Source: Pseudomonadota bacterium (GTDB taxonomy: Archaea > Thermoplasmatota > SW-10-69-26 > JACQPN01 > JAJPHT01). Taken from it: a stretch of DNA of 41,529 bases. The notes beneath the pieces are model-generated. The model was given only the letters and a program-made list of their open reading frames with translations. It had not been told where the DNA came from and searched no databases. The first letter of the stretch is position 1. Each line of letters begins with the position of its first letter. Below, piece by piece: positions 1 through 7,902 of this stretch. Where the stretch lies: assembly GCA_021325135.1 (NCBI GenBank), contig JAJPHT010000023.1, positions 1 through 41,529 of the forward strand. Direction: 5' to 3'. The position numbers and the translations under genes are program-made.

Positions 1-107
1 CGCTTCGCGATGTCTCGCCAGATGGGCGCTTCGTTCTCCCAGGACTTCTTCTTGAGGTCCTGGATGAGGATCCGAAGGCCCGGATTGGTCTTCGCCATCA
101 GGGGCAT
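1..107 (-). CDS. rpl18e: 50S ribosomal protein L18e (5' part; runs off the window start)
   Basis: Reverse complement reads MPLMAKTNPGLRILIQDLKKKSWENEAPIWRDIAK, the typical archaeal L18e N-terminus (KTNP..L...LKK.S.EN.APIWRDIA). AAGGAG Shine-Dalgarno (SD) upstream. Not in the ORF track. Confidence 0.9.
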   Translation of the reverse strand, partial: MPLMAKTNPGLRILIQDLKKKSWENEAPIWRDIAK

Positions 108-182
108 CGTGGATCTGACTCCTTCGACATCGCCCCGCGAGCCCGGGGGCTCAGGGGGAGGGTGCGCCGATCTCGGTTCCCC

Positions 183-190
183 TTTATAAA
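183..190 (-). promoter_or_regulatory. TATA box (TTTATAAA), probable rpl18e operon promoter
   Basis: Canonical palindromic TATA in GC-rich context about 75 nt upstream of the rpl18e start. Confidence 0.6.
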
Positions 191-247
191 GATTGGCGAG
201 GGCGGGGTCTGCTCTCCTGCTGTGCCCCCTGCCGGCGCTCCACGATG

Positions 248-314
248 CAACCCGAACCCACGAACCACCGGACCACGGTCTTCCTTTGGTCCGGTGGTTC
301 GTGGGTCCGGGTTG
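248..314. repeat. Palindromic element family A, copy 1 (28-bp arms, ~8-nt CGAACCAC periodicity)
   Basis: caacccgaacccacgaaccaccggacca (248-275) / tggtccggtggttcgtgggtccgggttg (287-314), one mismatch. Inverted copy at 36529-36607. Confidence 0.9.
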
Positions 315-405
315 TGGCGGGGGAAAGGGGGCGCAGCCCCCAGCGAGCCCGCGAGAAGGAAGGAAAGAAACGTTGATGGCCGCCCACCCGGTCCCCGCTC
401 CCATC

Positions 406-999
406 ATGCCCTCCCCCCGGCGTGTCGCGCTTCTGGCCCTCGTGCTCGTCGCCACCCCGATGCTCGCCGGCTGCAACTTCCAGCAGTGGGCGCGCCAGGA
501 GGGGACCGTCAACGTGTTCGTGGCGCCCCTCTCGCCCGCCAAGAGCAACGCCAACGACTTCCAGCGCCTCAAGGTGGGCATCATCGGCGTCTCCATCAAG
601 CAGGTGGGCTCCATCGACACCAAGGAGTTCACCTACGGGTCGGACCCCAAGATCATCGACCTGGTGGCGGCGGGGCGCTCGGGAGAGAAGAGCAAGGTGG
701 CCTCGACGGTCATCCCCATCCGCGCCGTGGAGTCGGTGACGGTGCGCATCGAGGTGGAGGACGCGGTGGACGCGGCGGGGAAGACCATCCCCTCCTGCCA
801 CCCGGGCGAGCCCGTGACCAGCAAGCCGTGCATCTCGACGCCCGCCAACGGGGCGTACCGCATCCAGGAGAAGCCCGTCGCCATCCCCCGCGGGGGCGCC
901 GTGGACGCCTACTTCCCCCTGGCGGTGCTCTTCGACTCGGCCTCCAACGAGTACTTCATCCAGGCGGACCCGGCCGCGTTCAGCACCGTCAACGAGTAG
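406..999 (+). CDS. Lipoprotein, DUF4382-like
   Basis: RR plus hydrophobic stretch and lipobox LAGC. GTVNVFV...DF..L.V.I..V...IIDL pattern resembles DUF4382. TATA-like aaacgttgat ~30 nt upstream favours ATG 406 (alternative 376). Confidence 0.7.
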   Translation: MPSPRRVALLALVLVATPMLAGCNFQQWARQEGTVNVFVAPLSPAKSNANDFQRLKVGIIGVSIKQVGSIDTKEFTYGSDPKIIDLVAAGRSGEKSKVASTVIPIRAVESVTVRIEVEDAVDAAGKTIPSCHPGEPVTSKPCISTPANGAYRIQEKPVAIPRGGAVDAYFPLAVLFDSASNEYFIQADPAAFSTVNE

Positions 1000-1015
1000 G
1001 CACGCGCCCACAAAT

Positions 1016-1025
1016 CCTTTAAAGG
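1016..1025 (+). promoter_or_regulatory. TATA box (ccTTTAAAgg) for the endonuclease IV gene
   Basis: Canonical TTTAAA preceded by A-rich caaat, then a ~95-nt structured leader and an AGGTG SD. Confidence 0.6.
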
Positions 1026-1140
1026 GAACGCGCCACAGCACGGACCGGGGCCCCGCCTCCGGCGGGCCGGCACCTTCAAGGGCTGGCCACGGTTCGGTGT
1101 CCCGACCGGGCCTCAAGCCCGGGAGCTAGCAGGTGTCAAG

Positions 1141-2007
1141 ATGATCTACCTCGGGCCGGCCGGCGTTCCCCTCTCGTGCAAGGGCCGCACCACCCTGGAA
1201 GGCGTGCAGCACGTCCAGGAGCTGGGCCTCAACAGCATGGAGATCCAGTTCGTCCGCGGCATCCGCATGGACGAGGAGTACGCCATGGAGGTCGGCGAGC
1301 TGGCCAAGAACCTCGGCGTGAAGCTGGGCGTCCACTCGCCCTACTACACGAACATCTGCTCGGACGACGAGAAGACCATCGAGAAGTCCATGGACAAGAT
1401 CGCCATGTCCGGCTACTTCGCGGACATCATGAAGGCGGACGTCGTCGTGGCGCACACCGGCTTCTACACCAGCATGTCCAAGGAGAAGACGATGGAGAAG
1501 GCCATCGGCTCCGTGACGATGCTGCGCGACTACTTCACGGACAACAAGTTCTCCTGCAAGCTGGGCCTGGAGGTCATGGGCAAGCAGCAGACCATCGGCG
1601 ACCTGGACGAGATCGTGAAGATCTGCAAGGCCGTCCCTGGCGTCGTCCCCATCGTGGACTTCGCGCACATCCACGCGCGCACCAACGGCGGCCTGAAGAC
1701 CAAGGAGGACTTCCACGCGGTCCTCAAGAAGCTCGACGGCCTGAAGCTCAAGCACATCCACTCCTACTTCACCGGCGTCAAGTACCTCAACGGGAACGAG
1801 CTGAACCACGTCCCCATCAAGAAGGGCGACCTGGACTTCACCCCCCTGGTGGAGGTCATCCTGGAGAACGACTACAACATCACCGTGACGTCGGTCTCCC
1901 CCATCGTCGAGCACGACGCCATGTACATGAAGATCCTGCTGGAGCGCGTCTTGGAGAGGCGCCAGCTGGGTCTTGGGGAAGTCTACAAGGTGCCCGAAGA
2001 GGCGTGA
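1141..2007 (+). CDS. nfo: Archaeal endonuclease IV family / AP endonuclease 2 TIM-barrel protein
   Basis: GPAGVP, MEIQFVRG, HSPYY, VAHTG, GLEVMGK, DFAHIHAR motifs; strong housekeeping codon bias. Confidence 0.88.
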   Translation: MIYLGPAGVPLSCKGRTTLEGVQHVQELGLNSMEIQFVRGIRMDEEYAMEVGELAKNLGVKLGVHSPYYTNICSDDEKTIEKSMDKIAMSGYFADIMKADVVVAHTGFYTSMSKEKTMEKAIGSVTMLRDYFTDNKFSCKLGLEVMGKQQTIGDLDEIVKICKAVPGVVPIVDFAHIHARTNGGLKTKEDFHAVLKKLDGLKLKHIHSYFTGVKYLNGNELNHVPIKKGDLDFTPLVEVILENDYNITVTSVSPIVEHDAMYMKILLERVLERRQLGLGEVYKVPEEA

Positions 2008-2052
2008 GGACGTGGCCCCTGGGGCCACTCGCTTTTCTTCCCTCTTTCTTGC

Positions 2053-2157
2053 GGGTCCAAAGAACGCGACGAGCGCCACGAGCGCAAAGGACGCGACGAC
2101 GAGAAAGGAAACTTTGCGACCTTGGCGCTCTTCGCGCTCGTCGCGTTCTTTGGACCC
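2053..2157. repeat. Palindromic element family B (24-bp perfect arms, 9-nt periodic interior)
   Basis: gggtccaaagaacgcgacgagcgc (2053-2076) / gcgctcgtcgcgttctttggaccc (2134-2157). Lies between convergent genes, after a T-rich tract at 2031-2050. Confidence 0.9.
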
Positions 2158-2188
2158 TTGACGGGGAAATGACCAGAGAGCTGGGGAC

Positions 2189-2362
2189 CTACCCCAACAG
2201 CAGCGCCGTCTGCCTTGCGCGCCGACGCGCCGCGTCCATCACGCGCGAGCGCAGGCGCCGCCGCCCTTCCAGCGCGGTGAGGCACGCGTCGGCCTGCGCG
2301 ACGATCCGGTCGAGGCGCTGGCGCACGTCGGCGGCTTCGGCTTCCAGCGCGAGGACGTCCAC
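2189..2362 (-). CDS. Small hypothetical coiled-coil protein (57 aa)
   Basis: GTG...TAG: VDVLALEAEAADVRQRLDRIVAQADACLTALEGRRRLRSRVMDAARRRARQTALLLG. GC3-rich codons, amphipathic helix; below the ORF-track cut-off. Confidence 0.5.
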   Translation of the reverse strand: MDVLALEAEAADVRQRLDRIVAQADACLTALEGRRRLRSRVMDAARRRARQTALLLG

Positions 2363-2491
2363 GCCCCCGCCACGCGGCCCCGCTCCAAAGGCGCGCCCCG
2401 GGGGGCGGCCCGAAGGTGCTCCTCCCGGGTGGCGCCCCCATCGACGCTTCGGCCGGAACGCCCACGCTTCAGCCGCGAGCCCTTGGCTGCG

Positions 2492-2587
2492 ATGAAGACG
2501 CTCCTCGTCCTGCTCGCCATCGGCGCCACCCTCACCTTTCCCCAGGACGGCGGCGCGGCGAGCCCCGGTCCTGCCGCGGCCGCGTGA
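2492..2587 (+). CDS. 31-aa small ORF with hydrophobic, signal-like N-terminus
   Basis: MKTLLVLLAIGATLTFPQDGGAASPGPAAAA*. Promoter-like acgcttcagc ~25 nt upstream; its TGA overlaps an in-frame GTG of the SDR gene (GTGA). Confidence 0.45.
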   Translation: MKTLLVLLAIGATLTFPQDGGAASPGPAAAA

Positions 2588-2589
2588 GC

Positions 2590-3411
2590 ATGCCGCTCAG
2601 GATCGTGGCCCCGTCGCAGCCCGGCCGCGTCGCGCTCAGCGGGCTGGAGGATCGCGTCTTCATCGTCGCAGGGGGCACGTCGGGCATCGGCCGCGCCCTC
2701 GCCGACGTCATCGCCGCCAGCGGCGGCCGCGTCGTCGTGACGAGCCGCGGGGGCGAGCGCACGAGGCGCGCGGCGGAGGAGCTGGCCCAGGCGCACGGCG
2801 TCGAGGCCCTGGGCGTGGCCGCGGACGTGACGAGCCCTCGCGACGCGCGCGATCTCGTGCGCGAGACGCTCCAGTGGGCGGGCGACGTGCACGGCCTCGC
2901 CAACGCCAGCGGCTACGCCTACGACGCGAAGATCCTCAACACGCCCCTCGACCGGCTCGCCATGGAGGACGCGGCGCGGTCCTTCGAGGACGTCTGGCGC
3001 GTCGACCTCCTGGGGAGCGTGAACCTCACGCGCGCCATCCTGCCCACCCTCATCGCGCGGGGCGGCGGCTCCCTGGTGTACACGGCGAACACGCCCGCGC
3101 TGGTGGGGTTCAAGGGGTCGCCCTACACGAGCGCGAAGGCGGCCCTCCTGGGGTTCATGCGCGACGTGGCCAACGTCCACGGCCCCCAGGGCGTCCGCGC
3201 CAACGCCGTCGCGCCCGGCAACATCCTCACCCCCGCGACGTGGGACGAACTGACGCCCGAGGAGCGCGACGCGGCCGCCCTGGAGGCGCCGCTGAGGCGC
3301 TGGGGCACGCCCGTGGAGGCCGCGGGCGCCATGGCCTTCCTCCTGAGCGGGATGTCGAGCTTCATCACGGGCCAGACGCTCGTCGTCGACGGGGGGACGG
3401 TCCGATACTGA
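2590..3411 (+). CDS. SDR family NAD(P)-dependent oxidoreductase (FabG-like)
   Basis: AGGTSGIG Rossmann motif, YTSAK catalytic motif, NAVAPG, FITGQTLVVDGG. Start 2584 (GTG) or 2590 (ATG). Confidence 0.9.
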   Translation: MPLRIVAPSQPGRVALSGLEDRVFIVAGGTSGIGRALADVIAASGGRVVVTSRGGERTRRAAEELAQAHGVEALGVAADVTSPRDARDLVRETLQWAGDVHGLANASGYAYDAKILNTPLDRLAMEDAARSFEDVWRVDLLGSVNLTRAILPTLIARGGGSLVYTANTPALVGFKGSPYTSAKAALLGFMRDVANVHGPQGVRANAVAPGNILTPATWDELTPEERDAAALEAPLRRWGTPVEAAGAMAFLLSGMSSFITGQTLVVDGGTVRY

Positions 3412-3421
3412 GAGTGACATC

Positions 3422-3664
3422 ATGAGCGACCACGTCCCGAACAAGTTCGTCAGCTGGCAATACGAGAACTGCCTCGCGTGCAAGTGGTTCCGGCCCGCGG
3501 ACCCCATCAACGCGGACCTCTTCGAGCGCGGCGCCTGCGTCGAGCCGAGCCTCAAGAAGTTCAACCTCGTCATCAGCGGACGCGACTGGTGCAACAAGTA
3601 CGAGGAGATCGAGCAGAAGCAGATCGACAAGATGCAGGAGAAGGCCATGGCCAAGGAGGGGTGA
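3422..3664 (+). CDS. Small 4-Cys protein with HiPIP-like Fe-S motif
   Basis: CLACKWF...GAC...VISGRDWCNKY; very strong codon bias; no signal peptide. Confidence 0.75.
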   Translation: MSDHVPNKFVSWQYENCLACKWFRPADPINADLFERGACVEPSLKKFNLVISGRDWCNKYEEIEQKQIDKMQEKAMAKEG

Positions 3665-3698
3665 AACCCCCGCGGGCGCCGGCGAGGCTCCCGGTTTG

Positions 3699-4178
3699 CT
3701 ATCGCGGCGCGCGGGACGCGGCCTCGGCGGCGAGCCGGGCCTCCAGGTCCCTGGCGTCGCGGCGGTAGCCCTCCAGGGCGTGGTCCTCGCCGGTGGCGAA
3801 GGCCCAGAGGAGCACGAGCATGTCCTGCGTCTCCAGGGGCTTCTCCAGGTACGCGTCGATGCAGGCCTCGCGAAGCTCCTCGACGCCCACGGGGATCTCG
3901 TTGTAGCCCGTCATGAGCACGCGGCGCCCCTTGGGGTTGCGGCGCTGCGCGGCGAGGAGGAGCTGGAGCCCATTGAGGTGCGGCATCCGGAAGTCGGTGA
4001 TCACGAGGTCGAAGGGCCTCTCCTCGATGGCGCGCAGCGCCTCGCGCGGGTCCGCGAAGGTGGTGAGCGCCAGGGCGGGCGGCTGGAGGCGGCGCGCGAC
4101 GCTGCGGAAGAAGTCCAGGATCTGCGGCACGTCGTCGACGACGAGGACCGACGCGGGGGGCTCGGCCACGGCCTTCAC
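3699..4178 (-). CDS. Response regulator (receiver domain)
   Basis: VLVVDD, DLVITDFRMP, LMTG, YLEKP. GTGA overlap with the upstream gene. Confidence 0.9.
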   Translation of the reverse strand: MKAVAEPPASVLVVDDVPQILDFFRSVARRLQPPALALTTFADPREALRAIEERPFDLVITDFRMPHLNGLQLLLAAQRRNPKGRRVLMTGYNEIPVGVEELREACIDAYLEKPLETQDMLVLLWAFATGEDHALEGYRRDARDLEARLAAEAASRAPR

Positions 4179-4579
4179 CCCGAGGCGCGCTCCTCCAGGA
4201 GGCGGCGGATGGTCGTCTCGAAGCTCTCGCTGATGGCGGGCTTCTGGAAGAAGGCGTGGACCGCGCCCTCGTTCACGGCGCGCGAGGCGACGTCCAGGTC
4301 CGCGTGGCCCGTGAGCAGGACGCGCGCGACGCCGGGGGCCACCTCGTGGGCCCGCGCGAGCATGGTCACGCCGTCCATGCCGGGCATGGAGTAGTCGGCG
4401 ACGAGGACGTCCACGCTGCGCGTGCGCAGCAGGTCCAGCGCGTCCTCGCCCGAGGCGGCCTCCAGGAGCTCCGCGTCGGGGAGCGCGCGATGGAGGCGCT
4501 GGCGCAGGTAGCTGCGGATGCGCGGCTGGTCGTCGACGACGAGGATCGTCCGGGTCTCGTGGCGGGGAGCGGGGGTCAT
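4175..4579 (-). CDS. Response regulator (single receiver domain)
   Basis: C-terminal part of track ORF 4175..6028 from ATG 4579: ILVVDD, DVLVADYSMPGMDG, LLTG, FFQKP. ATGA overlap with the kinase stop. Confidence 0.88.
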   Translation of the reverse strand: MTPAPRHETRTILVVDDQPRIRSYLRQRLHRALPDAELLEAASGEDALDLLRTRSVDVLVADYSMPGMDGVTMLARAHEVAPGVARVLLTGHADLDVASRAVNEGAVHAFFQKPAISESFETTIRRLLEERASG

Positions 4580-6000
4580 GCGATCATCTCCGGGGTTGGG
4601 GCAACGGGCCGGGCAGGAAGGCGCACCGTGAACCGGGCCCCCTGCTGCGTGTCCGTGTCGAGGGTGAGGTCGCCTCCGTGGCTCTTGGCGATGGCGCGGC
4701 TGATGGAGAGGCCCAGCCCCGTGCCTTCGGGCCGCGTCGTGAAGAAGGGGGTGAAGAGCTTGGCGCGGTTCTCGGGGCGGACGCCGGGGCCGTCGTCCTC
4801 GAAGTCGACGCGCACCTCGCCGGCCTCGTCGCGCGTGCGCACGCGGATGGTGCCCGCGGGCCGGCGCGCGAGGGCCTCCACGGCGTTGAGGAGGAGGTTG
4901 AGGAAGACCTGGGAGATCTCGCCCGGGTTCACCATGACGGGCTGGCGCGCCTCCAGGCTCGCCTCCACGACGATGCCGGGCGCCACGCGCGAGCTTGCGG
5001 CCGCGAGCACCTGCGAGACGAGCGCGTTGACGTCCTCGGGGCGGCGCGCGCCGTCGGAGGGCTTCGCGATCTGGCGGAGGCCCTTCGTGATCTGCCGGAG
5101 CCGGTCGATCCCCTCCAAGGCGATGGCGGCGTCCTCGTCGATCTGGCGCGCGGCCTCGTGGGCGGAGGCGGCGGCCGCGTCGGCGAGCACGTCCTTGGCG
5201 CTGAGGCGGATCATCTCCAGGTTGCCCTTGACGTAGGTGAGGGGATTGTTGATCTCGTGCGCGACGCCCGCGACGAGGGTGGCCAGGGCCGTGAGGCGCT
5301 CGCTCTGCGCCTGGAACGCCTCCTGGCGGCGCCGCTGCGTGATGTCGCGCACGCCGCTCACGCGCAGGTCGAGCCCCTGGTGGCGCAGGGGGCGCGTCAC
5401 GATCTCCACCTCGATGCGGGGCCCGCTCTTGGGCTGGAGCGAGCCCTCGGCGAAGACGTGGCCGTTGGGCGCCGGCGGGGCCGCTCCCGGCGCGCGGATC
5501 TTGAAGTCGAGGAGACGCTCGCCCTGCGCGCCGATGAGCTCCTCGCGCGAGTAGCCCGTCATGCGGGCCAGGGCGTCGTTCACGACGAGGAGCGTGCCCT
5601 CGCGGTCCACGGCGACGCCTTCGAAGCTCATCTCGGAGAGGACGCGGAAGCTCACCTCGCTCTCGGCGAGGGCCTCCCGCTCGGAGGCGAGGCGCTCCTG
5701 GAGGGCGAGGAGCCGCGCGAACCCGGCGGCCACCATGAGGCCCAGGAGCCCGATGAAGGCCTCGGTGAACGGCGAGAAGGGCTCGCCAAGCTGGTGGCGC
5801 AGAAGCCCGTTGAGGGGCCACCAGAGGGCCCACGCGACGAGGACGCTGCGGCGGCCCAGGGCCCAGCCGGCGGCGAAGAGGAGGGGGACCGCGAAGCCGG
5901 AGGCGAGGTCGTCCACCGCGCGGTAGGCCGCGGGGTAGACGGCGAGCAGGGCCGCGACGAGGGCCACGAAGGCGAGGAGGCGCGCGGGGGAGCGCTCCAT
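4576..6000 (-). CDS. Membrane-bound PAS sensor histidine kinase (NtrB-like H-box)
   Basis: 3-4 N-terminal TM helices, PAS (VNDALARMTGYSREELIG), H-box VAHEINNPL, NLLLNA, DDGPG, FTPFFTT, GTGLGL. Start ATG 6000 or coupled GTG 6054. Confidence 0.9.
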   Translation of the reverse strand: MERSPARLLAFVALVAALLAVYPAAYRAVDDLASGFAVPLLFAAGWALGRRSVLVAWALWWPLNGLLRHQLGEPFSPFTEAFIGLLGLMVAAGFARLLALQERLASEREALAESEVSFRVLSEMSFEGVAVDREGTLLVVNDALARMTGYSREELIGAQGERLLDFKIRAPGAAPPAPNGHVFAEGSLQPKSGPRIEVEIVTRPLRHQGLDLRVSGVRDITQRRRQEAFQAQSERLTALATLVAGVAHEINNPLTYVKGNLEMIRLSAKDVLADAAAASAHEAARQIDEDAAIALEGIDRLRQITKGLRQIAKPSDGARRPEDVNALVSQVLAAASSRVAPGIVVEASLEARQPVMVNPGEISQVFLNLLLNAVEALARRPAGTIRVRTRDEAGEVRVDFEDDGPGVRPENRAKLFTPFFTTRPEGTGLGLSISRAIAKSHGGDLTLDTDTQQGARFTVRLPARPVAPTPEMIA

Positions 6001-6050
6001 GCCCGGCCCCTCGGAGCGCCCCCTCCAAGCCGTTGACGCATCCCTGGTGC

Positions 6051-6353
6051 TCACCGGTCGTGCGTCGGGGGGGAGTCGGCGGGGCTCGCGACCAGGCCCA
6101 GCTCGCGCAGCGCGCGGTGGAGCGAGCGGTACTTCGCCAGCAGCTCGCGGCCCGCCTCGGTGAGGTCGTAGGGGGGCTCGCGCGTGACGAGTCCCATGGT
6201 CTGCAGCTCGACGAAGAGGTCCTGGAAGCGGTCGTAGGCGAGGTTCGTGCGCATGGCGACGCGCGTGAGGCGGAGGCCGCCGGGCTCCTGCTGCGCGAGG
6301 GCGATGTTCTCCAGGAGCGCGCCCACGAGGGTGATGCGCTCGCGCCGCGTCAC
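6051..6353 (-). CDS. Winged helix-turn-helix protein (archaeal HTH_45/ArnR-like)
   Basis: LTRVAMRTNLAYDRFQDLFVELQTMGLV...YDLTEAGRELL is the typical small archaeal wHTH pattern; GTGA-coupled. Confidence 0.8.
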   Translation of the reverse strand: MTRRERITLVGALLENIALAQQEPGGLRLTRVAMRTNLAYDRFQDLFVELQTMGLVTREPPYDLTEAGRELLAKYRSLHRALRELGLVASPADSPPTHDR

Positions 6354-7462
6354 GCGCCCGCCTCCGGCAGGTCGAGGGTGAACGTCGTGCCGCGGCCGCC
6401 GGTGGCGAACGTGAGCGTGCCCCCGTGGTCGGTGGCGATCTTGTGGCTGACGCTCAGGCCCAGCCCGGTGCCCTCCGCCTTGGTGGTGAAGAAGGGCGTG
6501 AACAGGTGCGGCTGCGCCTCGGGAGGGATGCCGGGCCCGTCGTCCTCCACCTCGGCCACGACGCGCTTCTCGCGGTGGCGCGTGCGGATGGTGACGCGCC
6601 CGCCTCGGGGGAGGGCCTGCACCGCGTTGAGGAGGAGGTTGAGGAAGACCTGGAAGATCTCCGCCTCGTCGCCCAGGACGGGCGGCACGGGCTGGAGGTC
6701 CAGCTTGACGTCCAGGTGGCCCGCGTGCTCGGCGACGACGATCTCCGCCACCTGGGCCGCGACCTCGGAGAGGTCCACGGGGCGGCGCTCGTTGGAGTCG
6801 CCGCGCGTGAGGCGGCGCAGGCTGCGCGAGAGCTTCGAGATGCGGTCGAGCCCTTCCAGGACGGCGCCCTGGAGGCGCGCGGCCTCCTTCGCCTCGTCGA
6901 GGAGGTGCGGCTCAAGCTCCGCGTGCTGCACGATGGCGGCCAGGGAGAGGATGGAGAGCTCCACGTTGCCGCGGATGTAGGTCAAGGGGTTGTTGATCTC
7001 GTGCGCCACGCCCGCGACGATGGTGCCCAGGGCCGCGACGCGCTCCTGCTGGTGGGCGACGCGCGTGGCGTTGGCGAGCCTGCGCTGCGCCTCCTCGCGC
7101 TCGATGGCGTAGCGCACGGCGCGCGGGATGCTCTCGGTGTCGCGCCCCTTCACGAGGTAGTCCTGGGCGCCCAGGCGCAGCGCCTCGATGCCAAGCTGCT
7201 CGTCGCGGTGCCCCGTGAGGACGACGACGGGCACGTCCGCGGCCCGGGCGCGGAACTCGCGCAGCGTCTCCAGGCCCGTGCTGTCGGGCAGGCCCAGGTC
7301 CAGGAGCGTGACGCCGTAGCGGCGCGCCATGGCCTTCTCGATGCCGGAGAGGAGCGCCGTCGCGCGGTCGACGACGAACCCCTCGTGCGCCGGCAGCGCC
7401 TCGTTCACGTCGAAGGCGTCCATGGGGTTGTCCTCGATGAGGAGGACGCTCACCGGGCTCAC
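6350..7462 (-). CDS. Hybrid receiver-histidine kinase (REC-HisKA-HATPase)
   Basis: From GTG 7462: VLLIEDN, LLDLGLPDS, GAQDYLVKG, then VAHEINNPL, NLLLNA, DDGPG, GTGLGL. Confidence 0.9.
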   Translation of the reverse strand: MSPVSVLLIEDNPMDAFDVNEALPAHEGFVVDRATALLSGIEKAMARRYGVTLLDLGLPDSTGLETLREFRARAADVPVVVLTGHRDEQLGIEALRLGAQDYLVKGRDTESIPRAVRYAIEREEAQRRLANATRVAHQQERVAALGTIVAGVAHEINNPLTYIRGNVELSILSLAAIVQHAELEPHLLDEAKEAARLQGAVLEGLDRISKLSRSLRRLTRGDSNERRPVDLSEVAAQVAEIVVAEHAGHLDVKLDLQPVPPVLGDEAEIFQVFLNLLLNAVQALPRGGRVTIRTRHREKRVVAEVEDDGPGIPPEAQPHLFTPFFTTKAEGTGLGLSVSHKIATDHGGTLTFATGGRGTTFTLDLPEAGA

Positions 7463-7902
7463 GCGGAGGGCCCCCGCGCGTCGGGCGGCACGCTCCAGCG
7501 GACCCAGAACTCCTCGACGGCGCGCACGACCTTCGCGTAGTCGTCCGGGTCGACGGGCTTGTGGAGGTACGCGTTGGCGTGGAGGTCGTAGGCCTGGCGG
7601 ATGTCCTGGGGCGCCATGGAGGTCGTGAGCACGATGACGGGCACGCGCCGCAGCTCCTCGTCGGCCTTGAGGTCGCGCAGCAGCTCGCGCCCGTCCTTGC
7701 GGGGCAGGTTGAGGTCGAGGAGCAGCAGGCAGGGCAGCGCGTCGCCGCGGCGCAGGCGCTCGGTGAGGTACGCCAGCGCGGCCTCGCCGTCGCGCGCCAG
7801 CGCGACCTGCACCTGGATGGGGCTCGCGGCGAGGGCCTCCCTCGTGACGCGCGCGTCCCACTCGTTGTCCTCGGCGAGGAGGATGATGGGCGCCTCCGTC
7901 AC
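7459..7902 (-). CDS. Rcp1/CheY-like single-domain response regulator
   Basis: From GTG 7902: ILLAEDN, LLLLDLNLPRKDGRELL, PVIVLTTS...DI..AY.LHANAYLHKPVD...FW, the Rcp1-type signature. Confidence 0.9.
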   Translation of the reverse strand: MTEAPIILLAEDNEWDARVTREALAASPIQVQVALARDGEAALAYLTERLRRGDALPCLLLLDLNLPRKDGRELLRDLKADEELRRVPVIVLTTSMAPQDIRQAYDLHANAYLHKPVDPDDYAKVVRAVEEFWVRWSVPPDARGPSA

